Source: Escherichia phage vB_EcoM_EC001
Direction: 5' to 3' (one strand)
Length of the DNA stretch: 64,000 nt
Sequence record: MN445185.1
The notes under the pieces were generated by a model. It was not told the DNA's origin. It saw nothing but the letters and a program-made list of their open reading frames with translations, and ran no database searches. The position numbers were made by a program, and so were the translations under genes. Within the stretch, counting starts at the first letter, position 1. The number at the start of each line of letters is the position of its first letter. This document shows, piece after piece, positions 28,548 to 40,300 of this stretch.

Positions 28548-31500
28548 TTAGCTTGCTTTCCGACTTACGTTTAACGACGGTGTCGGTTGGGTTATTTCCT
28601 GCCTGCGTGCAGCTGAGCCCGGAGGAGCCACATTTGCCGCTTGCTGGATACTACCACCCCGTGTGTCGTTTGCCGCTCTCGGATTTGATTTCAAAATATC
28701 ACGAATCTCTTTCAAGTAATCGCGAGACTGAATCAGTACCTTGAGCTGCTGAACATCTATCGGGTCACCATTCAGCGTTGGCGTCGATGCTGTAGCATCA
28801 GAAGTTGGGGCGGCAACTGGACGAGCTGCTGCGTTAACCTGCGCTTCCGCGCCTGCTTTCACTTTAGCAACATCCGTTGCAGACAATCCTTCTGCTGCAG
28901 CTTGCGACGCTACGGTTTCGGCTGTTGTTGAGGCATCGGATGTTCCGGAACCACCTGTAGTTGGTGTAGGTGCTGCTGGTCCTACATTACCTGCGGCGGT
29001 AGCCATTGCATCTTGTGCCGCCATGGCCCCTTTCTGCGTCAATGCGTCATCACGACGATTAGCATTATCTGCCGGCAGGTTATCTGCTGGCGACAGACTC
29101 GGATCATTAGCGGCCGGTGCACCCATTGCTGCTGCCGGGTTGGTTGGTGAATTAGGCGACAAGCCTGCAACCATATCCTTCGTCTTACTCGGATCGGCAG
29201 CGACTTCGTTGGCAGAAATTGCGCCCATACGGCGGTTCAGTTCCTGAATAACCCCATCCACGCTACGTATACGACCGTTGCTGTAGAAGACGTTGGCATT
29301 CCCTCTCAATATTGCGGATGTAATCCCAGGAGCACTCGATGCCGCCATATTCGGATTACGCTTCCATGCTTCCAGGAATTTCTTACCGCCGCCCGCACCC
29401 AGGAAGTGATACAGATAAGCCACGGCTGGAGGTGGTGCTTTACCACCCAGGTCACGCTGTGCTTGTTGGATGTTGTCACGAATGAACTGTACACCCAATA
29501 TAGCATTCGCCCACGGGTCCATCTGGTTAACACGCGGAATACCGAACTTCCGCGAATACCCCTTCATCATCCCGTCCCACGTACCGTCAATAAACTGGAA
29601 CAACCCAGACGCCGAAGCATACGGGTTTTTAGCGGTGTAGTTAAATCCGGACTCCGCCTTAGCCATTGCTAACGCCACTGCAGGTGGCACGCCCATCATG
29701 TTCGCCGCATCGGTAATCAATGCTTTGATATTCGGAACGTTCAACGCACCCTTTCTACCCAACATTTCTATCGGGTATTTTTCAGCCAGTGACTTATAAT
29801 CACCGTCTTTCACATCACTCAGGTTAATCGAAGACGAACCAGTGGTCATTGCAGCGTAGTTCCGCACACCACCAACCGCATCGACGACTTGACCCAAGTT
29901 ACCCGGCACACCACCACTCGTACCCGATGGAATGTAGCCTGAGGCGCGAGCACCGTCAGATGACAAAGAATCTCCCGAACTGATGTTCGAGTCTTCTTCA
30001 TCTTCATCGGTGACTTCCAGAGAACTGCGGTTCTTGTTACGATCCTTCCAGCGCGCACGCTTGCCATTATTTCTAATGGCTTTAATCATGTTACGCACGG
30101 CAAGGTCAGCTTCTTTTGACAACAGCTTCAGCGTTTCCAGCTCGGCTTTAATAGACGATGGGTTCGTGTTAGCCTCACCCCCTAATGGGTTGATATTCAC
30201 TTCCCACACCGACTGTCTTATACCACCTTTCAAGCTGTAGGCTGTTGACATCATCAAGCTGATTTCGTACAGGTAACCACCAGTCAGCTTCAAGTTCAGC
30301 GGATCGGCTGTTGGCAGGTAACGCTTCACCCCAACCAAATACGTCATGAATACCGGTAAGAAACGGTCAAAGAACCACCGCTTCAAACGATCTTCTTTCG
30401 GTGTACCGATAGCGTCTGGAACCATCGAGGCGATTGCTTTCTTCCAATCTCCTTTGTAGCTTGCGGTTTTCACGTCAATGTCTTTGATGACGTTCTTCTC
30501 GAATACCGTGATCAACGTGCGGGTGGCGTTATCGATGGTGGTAAAGCCGTAAGTCTTCCAACGCACCGATTCCATCGCATTCATGTCTTTCTGGTCGAGC
30601 ACCGCATTCCAGTCTACCTGAATCTGAACCTGCTCTGTTCCGTCTTCCCAACCCTCTACCTTCGCCAGATTTTTATTACGTTCGTTATCCAACTGTCCAA
30701 GTTTGTTGATAGCTTCATCAACGCCCGCGGACTTAATCCCCTCCACGGCCGGTGCCATTCCGTACTTACGTGCTTTCTTATCGTCCATTCTGGACTTGAT
30801 TGCACGCTCGACTTCATTCTGCACTTCCATAACCTCTTCACCGCTCAAGAACTCCTTCGGTGTAAAGGTTACAACGTCCCAAGCTTTCGAGAAGAAACCT
30901 TGGTTGACTTTGCGTGGGTCTGTTAACGAAGAGAACGCTTTTGCATCCTTAGTCATCTTCATTTTGTTGAAGAGAGTCAGCATGTCCTCTTTCGATACTT
31001 TCTTCGCATCGCCGACGTCAGCCAACTGGATACTGTTCGGCATTGACTTCAGTGCCGTAATCCAGCGGAGATAAATCGGAATAAAGCGCTGAAGCATAAA
31101 CGCTTGGAAGGCCAACATCTCGCCTTTTTCCTCAACGTTAATACCGAACCCTTCAGCTAGCTTCTGAACGTCTTTTCCACTTAGCCCGCGGAGACTGGCT
31201 TGGCCATCTTCCGCGTAAGACACATACTCACGCAATGCGTCTTCTAAGTAACGCGCTTTCGCCCCGTCGTCCGACGACCACTTATCGTAATCACGGAAAC
31301 CGTACTGAGCTAAACGCATCTTATCCAGGTACTGGGTATAGGTAGTCGTTGCAATCCTGTACGCGGCGTAACCAGCCGCAGCGATCGCACCACCGATAAG
31401 AATTGCCGGCCAACCCACCGCAGTCACGACGGCAGATGCCGCAGTTGCCACAGCGGACACCGCGGGTGCCGCCAAACGGGTTACTGCGAACTTACCGACA

Positions 31501-34500
31501 TTCCACGCAGCCTTACCTAAAAGACCTACTGGTTTTAACACGCCCCATTTCGTGATAGAACCGAGTATATTACCCACAGTTCCCAAGATACTGACGATGG
31601 GACCGATGATAGGTAAGCTTTTCACCATATCCCACAGACCGCCAGATTTCCCTTTGGAGCCCTGCGCTTTCTCTTTCTTCTCCTTACGTTTCTCACGCCA
31701 ACGTTTGAAGAAGTTAAGGTAATCGCGTTTTTCATCACCTTCAGGCGGCTTGTTACGTTTACCGAACTTCGCAAACATGGTGCGAATAATGCCATCGTCA
31801 CCACCTGCACGGGATACTGATTCGCGCATGGTGTTAAACCATGACATCTCTTGCAAGCCAATCATTCGGTCCAAGCGTTCGAATAACCTTGCGCCTGCAG
31901 ACTTGGCGGCATTCTTCCCTTTGTTAATAACCCTCCCTGCTGCATCACGGGCGGTCTCAAGGTCTTCCTTCGCATCGCCGTAGACTTTACGGCCAGAAAG
32001 GCCACCTTTCGCGTTCAAATGGCTGCGATAAAACTCAGCAACATCATCGTCGCGTCCAGCCAACCGACGTTCAACTTCGTAACGTGTAGCAATGTCGTGT
32101 CGTGCTCCACGATATCCATCGAGCATATCCCCAGCCCGGCCTCGGAAACCACTGAACCAACCACGCAGGCGGTCACGTCCACGACCAAAGAACGCTTTTG
32201 TTCTTGACCAACGTCCACCAAAACGTTCAGACAGTGACGCTTTCGCGCGATCATACGCCCCGCGTACTGCACGACCGATCGTACTACCGCCACCCCCGAC
32301 GCCCTTCTCCATTTCCTCTGTCCAACTTTCGTCTTCCGGATCTCCCGGTAAACGTTGGTTCAACAGTTTATAGATACGGATAAGGATGTGGTTGGTTTTC
32401 TTGCCGGTTGATGAGAAGAGACTGAAACCACCGCCCCCACCATCTTTACGGCCTTTCCACCAACGCGTCAGTGGGTTGTCGGTAATCATGTCTTTCAGAC
32501 GATCGACACCACGTTTCGCAAAACCGAGCACTTTACCCGGTAAGCTCGTTACACGGTTGAACGCTTTCTGGAGACGTGTCTTTTCTTCGCCTTCCGGAAT
32601 CTCGTTCAGCCAGTCCTTAATCTTACCAACGATGCTGCCCGCTTTCGGTGACAGGAAATCCAGGAACCTTTTCGGTAGCTTAGCCACCTTATTAAAGCCT
32701 AAGCCAATCTTACTGGCCAGACCTTGGGTCAGTGCTTGGATTTTCCCGCCTTTATAGTAGCGGAGTTTACCCGCAGCGGCTAAGTCAGCGGCTGCTAATA
32801 TCAGATTACCTGCGGAGTCAACAATATCACTCCCCAGCTTGATGTCGTCCAGCGTTTTCAGCTGAACCATTTTACCATCAATGACCTGATAGTATTCTCC
32901 AGCTTCCAGACGTGCACCTTGCAGAACAACATTACCGTGGTCATCGTAAACGTCACGGATACCCAGTAGTCCTTTACCGAAAGAGCTTACCGCTTCAAAG
33001 CCACCACGGACACTACCGCTGATAAGGCCACGCATCCGGGTTAAGAAACCAGGACCTTCTCCGCCACCCATTCCTGCGACTTTACCGCGTGCCCAGCCAC
33101 CGAACTGGTTCAGTTTATTCCAGGCACCCTTAACACCACGTTTCGCAAAGCCACCGATTCCTGCTGCGGTGTCGAACAACACACCACCCCAACGACGAAT
33201 AAGCCCATCTTCACCGATGATAATACGACGGCGTTTACCGCCACCGCTACCACCACCAGGACGAGGTGGTCCCATCTCTTCGTCACCAGAACCAGCACCC
33301 CCTGCTAACGAAGCCAGGAGAACCCCTTCTTCGTCCATACTTCTGACGTGTTCCAGAATTTTCTGGAGGGTGTCACTGTTGTTATTACCCCGAATCGCTT
33401 CGATGATGCCGTCAAAGTTATTCCGTGGCGCTTCTTCGCCGCGGTTACGTTGACTCAACAATTCAACAAAGTTAGTCGAGGTTTCACCGTAGAGAACTGC
33501 GGCTAACTGCCGAGGCGACATTCCGCGGCCTTTACCACCGCCACGTAAAGCCGGCGGCAACGACGTGTCATCGGCACCACCATTTACCCCTTGGTTCATT
33601 CGGCGCAGATAGTCGCCTAACGCCGAACCGTTTTGCAGCTTACGTTGAATCTCCTGCTCACGAGTCAACGCACGACCGCTGCGTGTCTTACCCATTGCCA
33701 AGTCATTAAACAAGGTATAGGGATCGGACAGGTCTTTATCCACGCCGAAAGTGTCACTCTTCGCGTCGTAGTTAAAGATACCCGCATCGCGCAATGCTCG
33801 CTCACCGTAAATATTCACCGCCTCGTCGATAATTGCCTGACGTTGGGTGATAGATGACTGCACTGTGGAGATTTTGCGGGCCAGCTCGTTACTTAATTCG
33901 TTGCTACCGCCGACCAAGCTATCAGAATGCCCCTGTAACGCTTCCTTAATGCGTTCTGCGGCGTTTCCTGGCATATACCGATGAAGATGCATCGGGTCTT
34001 TCAGAATCGCTTCTACGTCGAATGCGCGGCCCTGCGAGGCTCGCGACTCGATATAGTCGGCGAGATGCTGTCGATCCTTCTGCGAGAGCGTTTTGCCGCG
34101 GTCAACAAAATCCACAGTGCTGTTAATGGAATTTTGGAGACGCAGGCGTTGTTCATCGTTTGCAACCGCCTTGCGTACGCGGTTACCGACCACTTTGCGG
34201 TCTACGAAACCACGGCTGGTGATGTCATATTCCAGGTCGGCATGTTCGCCATAGCCACGACGGACAGATTTGTTAATCTCTGCCAGCCAGGCAGGAATAA
34301 CTTCAACCAGGCTAAGATATGCTTTACGGTCAAACTTCGCCGAACGGCTTAACGTTTCGCCATTACGCTCGTCAAGGAAGGCTTTCTCGCGGTTTAGCGG
34401 TTGGACAATACCGAGTTCATTCAATACCCGGAACAAATCCGCCAACGGCCCTTGCGTTTCGCCTGCGATAGCTGAGTTCGAGATAGAGGAAAGATTACCA

Positions 34501-35669
34501 AAGGTGAACGCGCCTTTCTGCAGGCGTTTCATGACCTCTGGATTTTTCTCCATCTCCTCACGAGTCCATTTCTGGAGTTTCTCGATTTGTGGGCCGAGTA
34601 GTTTCTTCGCAAGGAATCCGCTACCCCACGCAGTTGCTTTATCACGAGCATTTGTTTTGCGACGTTCAGCAGTCAACGAAGAGCTGTCGCTCATGCCGAA
34701 ATCGTCTTCAACACCCATGCCGAGAACAGACTCTAACAAACCACGACCTTCGCCAAATATACCAGAAATCTTCTTCTTGGTATTTTCGCGAATCATGTCC
34801 ATAAACCCGTCAGCATAACGCAACGGGTTCATCCATTCCGCAGCCTGGCGTTTAACGTTCGCCCAACGGACTTCTGAGAAATCTTCCTTCGCGTAATCCG
34901 GCAATGCCGTGTTCTTCACGATGGCTTCTAAAGCAGGCGTATTACGATCGAACTCCGACTGCTTCATCTTCACGATGTCTTGGATGGCAAACAGGGTACG
35001 GTATTGCAGTTCGAGTTTCTTACGCTCGATGTTTAAGAATACCCCACGGCTTAACCCGGTTAGCAGGTTAATGTCTTTCGCCATCCCAATCATGGTTTGG
35101 TGCATTGCATCCGCACGCATCTCTTTGATGCTGTCGCGGAGCTTATCCTCTACCATGCGGTCCTGCAGCTGACGTTGTTCATCGGCATCCTTTGGCACAC
35201 CTGAGAATACGTCGCCCAGTTCACGATCCATCAATGCCTGATTCGGATCGTAGTTCTGGTAATCTAACTGGTCAGATTTTGACCACTTGTCGATGCGCTT
35301 AGTAACTGCATCCGGCAAGTATTTCTTCATCGTCGGACCGAGTTGGCGCGCTTGCATCTTCAGCGTGCGCTCGGTCTTCACAAGCTCCCCTTTCGTATGG
35401 GCGTAAATGTCCTTTGCTGCAGCTGCCGCTGACTGATAGCCCTCGTATGCATCAGCTGCCGGCTTAGGCATCCCCTTGAGGATAACTTGGTCGCGTTTCC
35501 CTTCTGGCCAGATAGTTGACAACGCCGACTTCCTGGCAACATTCAGGGTACTGAGTATCGGGCTTCGTTTTTTCTCGTCTTTGGGACGGGGTGGTTCACC
35601 GAAATCATCCCAGTCGTCGAGTCTATCTAAATCGATATCATCGAAACCGTCTTTGCCTCTTTTTGCCAT
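28548..35669 (-). CDS. giant virion protein (2373 aa) with lytic transglycosylase (SLT) domain near the C-terminus, internal TM/Ala-rich segment and Gly-rich tracts
   Basis: Uninterrupted 7.1-kb ORF; SLT signature AMAKAESGFNYTAKNPYASASGLFQFIDGTWDGM encoded around 29280-29680; hydrophobic AVSAVATAASAVVTAVGWPAILIGGAIAAAGYAAY. Confidence 0.85.
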   Translation of the reverse strand: MAKRGKDGFDDIDLDRLDDWDDFGEPPRPKDEKKRSPILSTLNVARKSALSTIWPEGKRDQVILKGMPKPAADAYEGYQSAAAAAKDIYAHTKGELVKTERTLKMQARQLGPTMKKYLPDAVTKRIDKWSKSDQLDYQNYDPNQALMDRELGDVFSGVPKDADEQRQLQDRMVEDKLRDSIKEMRADAMHQTMIGMAKDINLLTGLSRGVFLNIERKKLELQYRTLFAIQDIVKMKQSEFDRNTPALEAIVKNTALPDYAKEDFSEVRWANVKRQAAEWMNPLRYADGFMDMIRENTKKKISGIFGEGRGLLESVLGMGVEDDFGMSDSSSLTAERRKTNARDKATAWGSGFLAKKLLGPQIEKLQKWTREEMEKNPEVMKRLQKGAFTFGNLSSISNSAIAGETQGPLADLFRVLNELGIVQPLNREKAFLDERNGETLSRSAKFDRKAYLSLVEVIPAWLAEINKSVRRGYGEHADLEYDITSRGFVDRKVVGNRVRKAVANDEQRLRLQNSINSTVDFVDRGKTLSQKDRQHLADYIESRASQGRAFDVEAILKDPMHLHRYMPGNAAERIKEALQGHSDSLVGGSNELSNELARKISTVQSSITQRQAIIDEAVNIYGERALRDAGIFNYDAKSDTFGVDKDLSDPYTLFNDLAMGKTRSGRALTREQEIQRKLQNGSALGDYLRRMNQGVNGGADDTSLPPALRGGGKGRGMSPRQLAAVLYGETSTNFVELLSQRNRGEEAPRNNFDGIIEAIRGNNNSDTLQKILEHVRSMDEEGVLLASLAGGAGSGDEEMGPPRPGGGSGGGKRRRIIIGEDGLIRRWGGVLFDTAAGIGGFAKRGVKGAWNKLNQFGGWARGKVAGMGGGEGPGFLTRMRGLISGSVRGGFEAVSSFGKGLLGIRDVYDDHGNVVLQGARLEAGEYYQVIDGKMVQLKTLDDIKLGSDIVDSAGNLILAAADLAAAGKLRYYKGGKIQALTQGLASKIGLGFNKVAKLPKRFLDFLSPKAGSIVGKIKDWLNEIPEGEEKTRLQKAFNRVTSLPGKVLGFAKRGVDRLKDMITDNPLTRWWKGRKDGGGGGFSLFSSTGKKTNHILIRIYKLLNQRLPGDPEDESWTEEMEKGVGGGGSTIGRAVRGAYDRAKASLSERFGGRWSRTKAFFGRGRDRLRGWFSGFRGRAGDMLDGYRGARHDIATRYEVERRLAGRDDDVAEFYRSHLNAKGGLSGRKVYGDAKEDLETARDAAGRVINKGKNAAKSAGARLFERLDRMIGLQEMSWFNTMRESVSRAGGDDGIIRTMFAKFGKRNKPPEGDEKRDYLNFFKRWREKRKEKKEKAQGSKGKSGGLWDMVKSLPIIGPIVSILGTVGNILGSITKWGVLKPVGLLGKAAWNVGKFAVTRLAAPAVSAVATAASAVVTAVGWPAILIGGAIAAAGYAAYRIATTTYTQYLDKMRLAQYGFRDYDKWSSDDGAKARYLEDALREYVSYAEDGQASLRGLSGKDVQKLAEGFGINVEEKGEMLAFQAFMLQRFIPIYLRWITALKSMPNSIQLADVGDAKKVSKEDMLTLFNKMKMTKDAKAFSSLTDPRKVNQGFFSKAWDVVTFTPKEFLSGEEVMEVQNEVERAIKSRMDDKKARKYGMAPAVEGIKSAGVDEAINKLGQLDNERNKNLAKVEGWEDGTEQVQIQVDWNAVLDQKDMNAMESVRWKTYGFTTIDNATRTLITVFEKNVIKDIDVKTASYKGDWKKAIASMVPDAIGTPKEDRLKRWFFDRFLPVFMTYLVGVKRYLPTADPLNLKLTGGYLYEISLMMSTAYSLKGGIRQSVWEVNINPLGGEANTNPSSIKAELETLKLLSKEADLAVRNMIKAIRNNGKRARWKDRNKNRSSLEVTDEDEEDSNISSGDSLSSDGARASGYIPSGTSGGVPGNLGQVVDAVGGVRNYAAMTTGSSSINLSDVKDGDYKSLAEKYPIEMLGRKGALNVPNIKALITDAANMMGVPPAVALAMAKAESGFNYTAKNPYASASGLFQFIDGTWDGMMKGYSRKFGIPRVNQMDPWANAILGVQFIRDNIQQAQRDLGGKAPPPAVAYLYHFLGAGGGKKFLEAWKRNPNMAASSAPGITSAILRGNANVFYSNGRIRSVDGVIQELNRRMGAISANEVAADPSKTKDMVAGLSPNSPTNPAAAMGAPAANDPSLSPADNLPADNANRRDDALTQKGAMAAQDAMATAAGNVGPAAPTPTTGGSGTSDASTTAETVASQAAAEGLSATDVAKVKAGAEAQVNAAARPVAAPTSDATASTPTLNGDPIDVQQLKVLIQSRDYLKEIRDILKSNPRAANDTRGGSIQQAANVAPPGSAARRQEITQPTPSLNVSRKAS

Positions 35670-35698
35670 AATGTTTCTTCCAATTCAGGAGCTTAAAA

Positions 35699-37312
35699 GT
35701 GAGAAAGCTAAACTGGGTTGACTTTTACTTGTTAAACGTCAACAAGTCCCTGGTGTCGCATTTAAAACCAGTTACAACAACAGACACCTTTCAGGGACTG
35801 ACGAAAAACTTTCACCCTGAAGGACTGTATTCAACCGAAATTTTTGGCCTCACAGGGAGCGAAGCACGAGACTCAACGTTCTCGTACATTGATATCAAAC
35901 TGGATATCATTTCGCCGACCGTTTGTTTGGCATTGTTCCAGCTGAAACAGCTGTACGAAGAAATCTGTTCCGGGAAGCGATTCGCTATCTGGAATGAGAA
36001 AGAAAAAGATTTCGAGCCGGCTCTGCCCAGTGATAAAGGTGCAGACACCGGCTTCAACTTCTTCCTACGCTACTACGAACAACTGACGCCAGGACGCAAC
36101 GAATCAATGCGTCGCGACGAGACAGTCGATTTCTTCAATAAGTTCCGTCCGGTCAGTCTCAGCCGCTATGTGCTGGTTCTACCTGCGGGATTACGTGATT
36201 TGGTCATTCGTCAGGATGGCCGCGACCAAGAAGAAGAGATTGGCGGACTCTACCGCCGTCTGATTTCTCTGGCACGTGCAGTCCCCGACCGCAGTACGCG
36301 AACGGAACTGACTGACCCGGTTCGCTGGAAGCTCCAACAAACCTTTAATGACATCTGGATGTACTTCTTCAACATCCAAGACGGTAAAGGTGGTTTTGCG
36401 CGTCGTAAAGTGACGTCACGTAAGTTAATGAACGGTACGCGTAACGTACTGTCTTCATTCTCAACCGGTTCCAAGGTCATGGGTCGCGAAGATGCGATTC
36501 GTCCAACGGATACCCGTATCGGTTTGTACCAAACCCTGAAGGCGTTACTGCCTGTGGCTCAATACCACATCCGTGAACGTTACCTCAGTAACATCCGGGC
36601 AGGGGATGGCAACTTATACGGCGTTAACACCAAAACACTCAAGCGTGAGTTCCTGGAAGTCTCCGGGCGGGTGTATGACCTTTTCACTACCGACGATGGC
36701 ATCGAAACACTCATCAACAGAATGGAAGCGCGCGAGCTTCGACATAAACCGCTGATGATTGATCCGGACCATTACGTGGCATTAATCTACCAAGACAAAC
36801 GCAGCTTCAAAATCTTTTACGATATTGAAGACCTGCCGGAAGGACGTGACCGTAAGCTTGTCCGCGGACTGAGCTTAGCGGAACTCCTCTATTTGTCAGG
36901 TTACGATATTTGGAATGACTACTTCTCGTTCATCACGCGTTATCCGGTTACGGGACGCGGTTCGACTTACTCCTCGACCATAAGATTGGAGACCACCACT
37001 TCTTCCCTCTATTTGCATGAACTGGAAGACGATTGGGTCACGTTAAAAGAGAAGGGTGCAATTAGCTTCCCTGATCGTACCGTGAAAACCTTTGTGGAAT
37101 CCATGGCACCACATCCATCCCGATTAGGTGGATTGGGTGGTGACTACGATGGTGACACCGGCTCAGCAAACTGCCCGATGTCAACCGAAGCGCTCGAGGA
37201 AAATCGGAAGTGGGTCAGTTCGAAAAACTACTGGTTTGCAACAGACGGCAGTTTCAAAATCAATCCGGTTAACAACGTGATTAAAAGAACGACTGCTGCG
37301 CTGTTGAAATGA
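35699..37312 (+). CDS. multisubunit RNA polymerase beta-prime-like subunit, N-terminal catalytic fragment (537 aa)
   Basis: GGDYDGDTGSANCPMSTEALEE aligns residue-for-residue with the beta-prime catalytic loop [22 protein letters not shown] (three Asp, P+12, E+16, A+17, E+20), E. coli sequence from memory; GTG start with SD AGGAGC. Confidence 0.6.
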   Translation: MRKLNWVDFYLLNVNKSLVSHLKPVTTTDTFQGLTKNFHPEGLYSTEIFGLTGSEARDSTFSYIDIKLDIISPTVCLALFQLKQLYEEICSGKRFAIWNEKEKDFEPALPSDKGADTGFNFFLRYYEQLTPGRNESMRRDETVDFFNKFRPVSLSRYVLVLPAGLRDLVIRQDGRDQEEEIGGLYRRLISLARAVPDRSTRTELTDPVRWKLQQTFNDIWMYFFNIQDGKGGFARRKVTSRKLMNGTRNVLSSFSTGSKVMGREDAIRPTDTRIGLYQTLKALLPVAQYHIRERYLSNIRAGDGNLYGVNTKTLKREFLEVSGRVYDLFTTDDGIETLINRMEARELRHKPLMIDPDHYVALIYQDKRSFKIFYDIEDLPEGRDRKLVRGLSLAELLYLSGYDIWNDYFSFITRYPVTGRGSTYSSTIRLETTTSSLYLHELEDDWVTLKEKGAISFPDRTVKTFVESMAPHPSRLGGLGGDYDGDTGSANCPMSTEALEENRKWVSSKNYWFATDGSFKINPVNNVIKRTTAALLK

Positions 37313-37330
37313 TACCCATAAGGCACATGT

Positions 37331-40300
37331 ATGATTTTTCTGAAACAGTTTAACCAGCGCTTTACCGTGCGCAAGACCGATGAGTTCGGTCGTCCGCGTA
37401 TTATCCCGCTGGAGAAGCTCCAGCTCCCACGTGGTTCTATCTACCACACCATCGATTTAGACCAGGTGGTTTTAGCGCCGCCGTTAACCACACCGTGTTT
37501 TGGCCAGCTGGAAAAACCGGCGATGATTCGCCACCACTTCCAGCTGCCTGAAGACGGCATTATTGGCCACCCGCGTAAGAAACCGGTTGTTGGCCAAGAA
37601 CGTCAAATCTTCCAGTACCATCGTAACAACCGTCGTATTCGTCGCATGATTGAAGACGGCGTGGTACGTTCAGATCCGAAAGTGCTGCTCATCGAAAACT
37701 ACACCCCGATGCTGCCGCATTATTTCTACCCTGATACTCTGATGTCCTGGTACGAACGTCTGCACAACATTCAGCTGCTGATAACTAACCAGATGAAAAC
37801 TGACTCACGTGAGTACATGCGTCAGAACTACTACATCATCGAACTGGGTAACGTACTGCCTTCTTTCGATCGTTTTAAAATGACGTATAACGATCGTGTT
37901 AAAACCAAACTGGAGCGCTTTAAGGACTTTAATCTCCTGTGGTTACTGGAACTGTTCGGTTGGGCTTACGGCGATCAGCAAGCAACACTGTTTGACGGCA
38001 TGGACATGAACCAGCTGTCACGTGTGAACTTTATCTTCACGCACAACGGTGGTTTTACATCCATGAACATGGGTGTAATTGAAAGAATGCGTAAGTCTGC
38101 CGGCGGTCGTTTGACTGACGTGCAGATGGGCAGAATGTTCTACCGTACACTGACTACGGTGATGACCACACCGCCGTCTACCGACTACGAAGATGACGAG
38201 TTCGTTACACCGGAAGGGGACGAACGCGTACATCTGGGAGAGGACGACGATGTTGTTGAAGCCGTTGCCAGTAAACCGGAAGAAACCCTCGATATCGTCG
38301 ACGATGAAGCAACACAAAGCGACAACGTTGACGATATATTGAACGATCATGAGTTCGATGAGAAAGAAGATCTGGTCATCGAAGCGCCGAAAGAAGATGT
38401 CAAACCAACCACCATCGTCGTAGAACGCACCATCCCACACGATGCTGTGATTAAACAGGAAGTTGAGCGCCTGGCAGAAGCGGGCCGCGTCACCGCCAAA
38501 GCGTATCAGTTCCTGAACGAATCTTCTAAACGTTTCGTAAACTTACCCAACCCGTACAATCCTAAAGAGACGTACGGCGAAGGTCTGACCATCGATCCGA
38601 AGAAACTCGAAGTTAAAGCCGAGCCTAAGAAGATTGAACGCTTAGTTACGGATGAAGCCTGGGCGGAAAATACCACCGACCAAATCATTCGTCAGTACAA
38701 CCAGGAAATCTTCCCGAAAGATATTCTGGGGGCAGTAGCGTCATCTCAGCGTCTCGGTTTGGCGATTCACAATCACACTGTTGAGAAAGAGATTTCCGTT
38801 ACCGGGAATATCGAACACCACACGTTGCGTATTCAGCCGATTGGCGGAGAACCAACCACGGTACGTTTCTCAATTCCTGCATTAACCGAAGACGGTACTT
38901 GGGTTGCAAATGGTGTGGAATATACAATGCGTCGTCAGCGTGTTGATCTTCCTATCCGTAAAGTGTCCCACGATACTGTAGCGTTAACCACTGCCTACGG
39001 GAAGAACTTTGTCCGTCGCAGTGATAAAGTCGTCAATGATTACGGACGTTGGCTCACTAACGCGATTATTACTCGCGCGGTCGATCCAAAGAACACCGAA
39101 ATCACTGATGCAAAACTGGCGAATGTGTTCGATCCGCTGTCTAAACTGCCGCGTCAATATACCGAAGTGGCGCGTCGTGTAGCAGCGTTCAACGCAATTG
39201 GGTACCAATGGAGCTTTGACATTAAACAGAAAGCGGCATTCTTTAACGAAGGGCAACTGGCAGACGCGGACCGTGTCGAGCTGGTACCTGTGGCGAAGAA
39301 ACCGCGGAGTCATGTCATCGTCGGTATGGATAAAAACTCCCAGCTTTATCGAGTGGATAAGGATAAGACCGAACCACTGGGTACACTCGCCGAGGTCTTT
39401 GGCGTGGACACCTCTAAGGCTCCACGAGAAATGACCGAACTGTCACTGATGGGCAAATCAATCTCGCTGGGCTTTGTGTTTTCGTACTATCTCGGGTTAA
39501 CCGGGATGTTGAAACACTTTGGTATCAGTTACGAGGTTCTCTCTGTCGGACAACGTATCGATAAAGGTCAGTTCGACTCCATCATTCGTCTCCAGGATGC
39601 GAAAATTGCAATTGTCTGCGAGAACGATCAACAGAGGATGATTGTCAACGGCTTAGACCGTTACATCAAACACTTTACCACGTATACCGAGTCGGAAGTT
39701 GACCGGGAAGACATTTATCTGAACCTGTTACGCGATGCAGATGGGCTAACACCACGCTACATCAAAGAGCTGAAACTGATGCGAACCGCATTTGTTGATG
39801 ACATGCACGCGCGTATCCTCAGGAAAATGGGCGAGCCGGAAACCTTTATCGGCTTACTGGAGCGTTCTAACGAACTGCTGCAGACGGACCACACGTTACC
39901 GGAAATTAACGGTGACGAAATGATGTTCATCGGGAACCAACGTATTTCGTATCACATCTACACCGCGATGGTGCGGGCGATGCGTAACTACAACAACGCG
40001 CCTAACTCGAATCGTAAGTTTGAGTTGACGCAGGACATGGTGTGGGGTGCGATTAACTCCGACCCGTCTGTTCTGCTGGCTCCTGGCGCAAACCCGGTAC
40101 AGAACATCAAAGAAAAAGATGTTGTTACCATGGGCGGTACAGGCGGTCGTAACCGCAAAACCATGGTATACAGTACCCGTGAATTCCAACCGAGCGACCT
40201 GGGGATTATCTCCGGTAACACGGTCGATAACGGCGACGTAGGTATCACCGCCTTTGCAACAAACAATCCGCGTTACGACACCGTGGACGGCACGACCTTT

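Noticed and set aside
28548-35669. Numerous 60-180-aa ORFs on the opposite strand or in other frames inside the giant gene and other long genes (e.g. 29023..29247, 34270..34818, 38018..38440, 1308..1655)
   Set aside because: Fully nested in long, motif-supported or operon-consistent ORFs, with low-complexity translations and no SD sites; treated as frame shadows.
28548-35669. Calling the 2373-aa protein a classical tail tape measure
   Set aside because: It is not embedded in a sheath/tube/chaperone gene order but lies divergent to the RNAP genes with putative ejection proteins downstream; a tape-measure role is not excluded but not supported.
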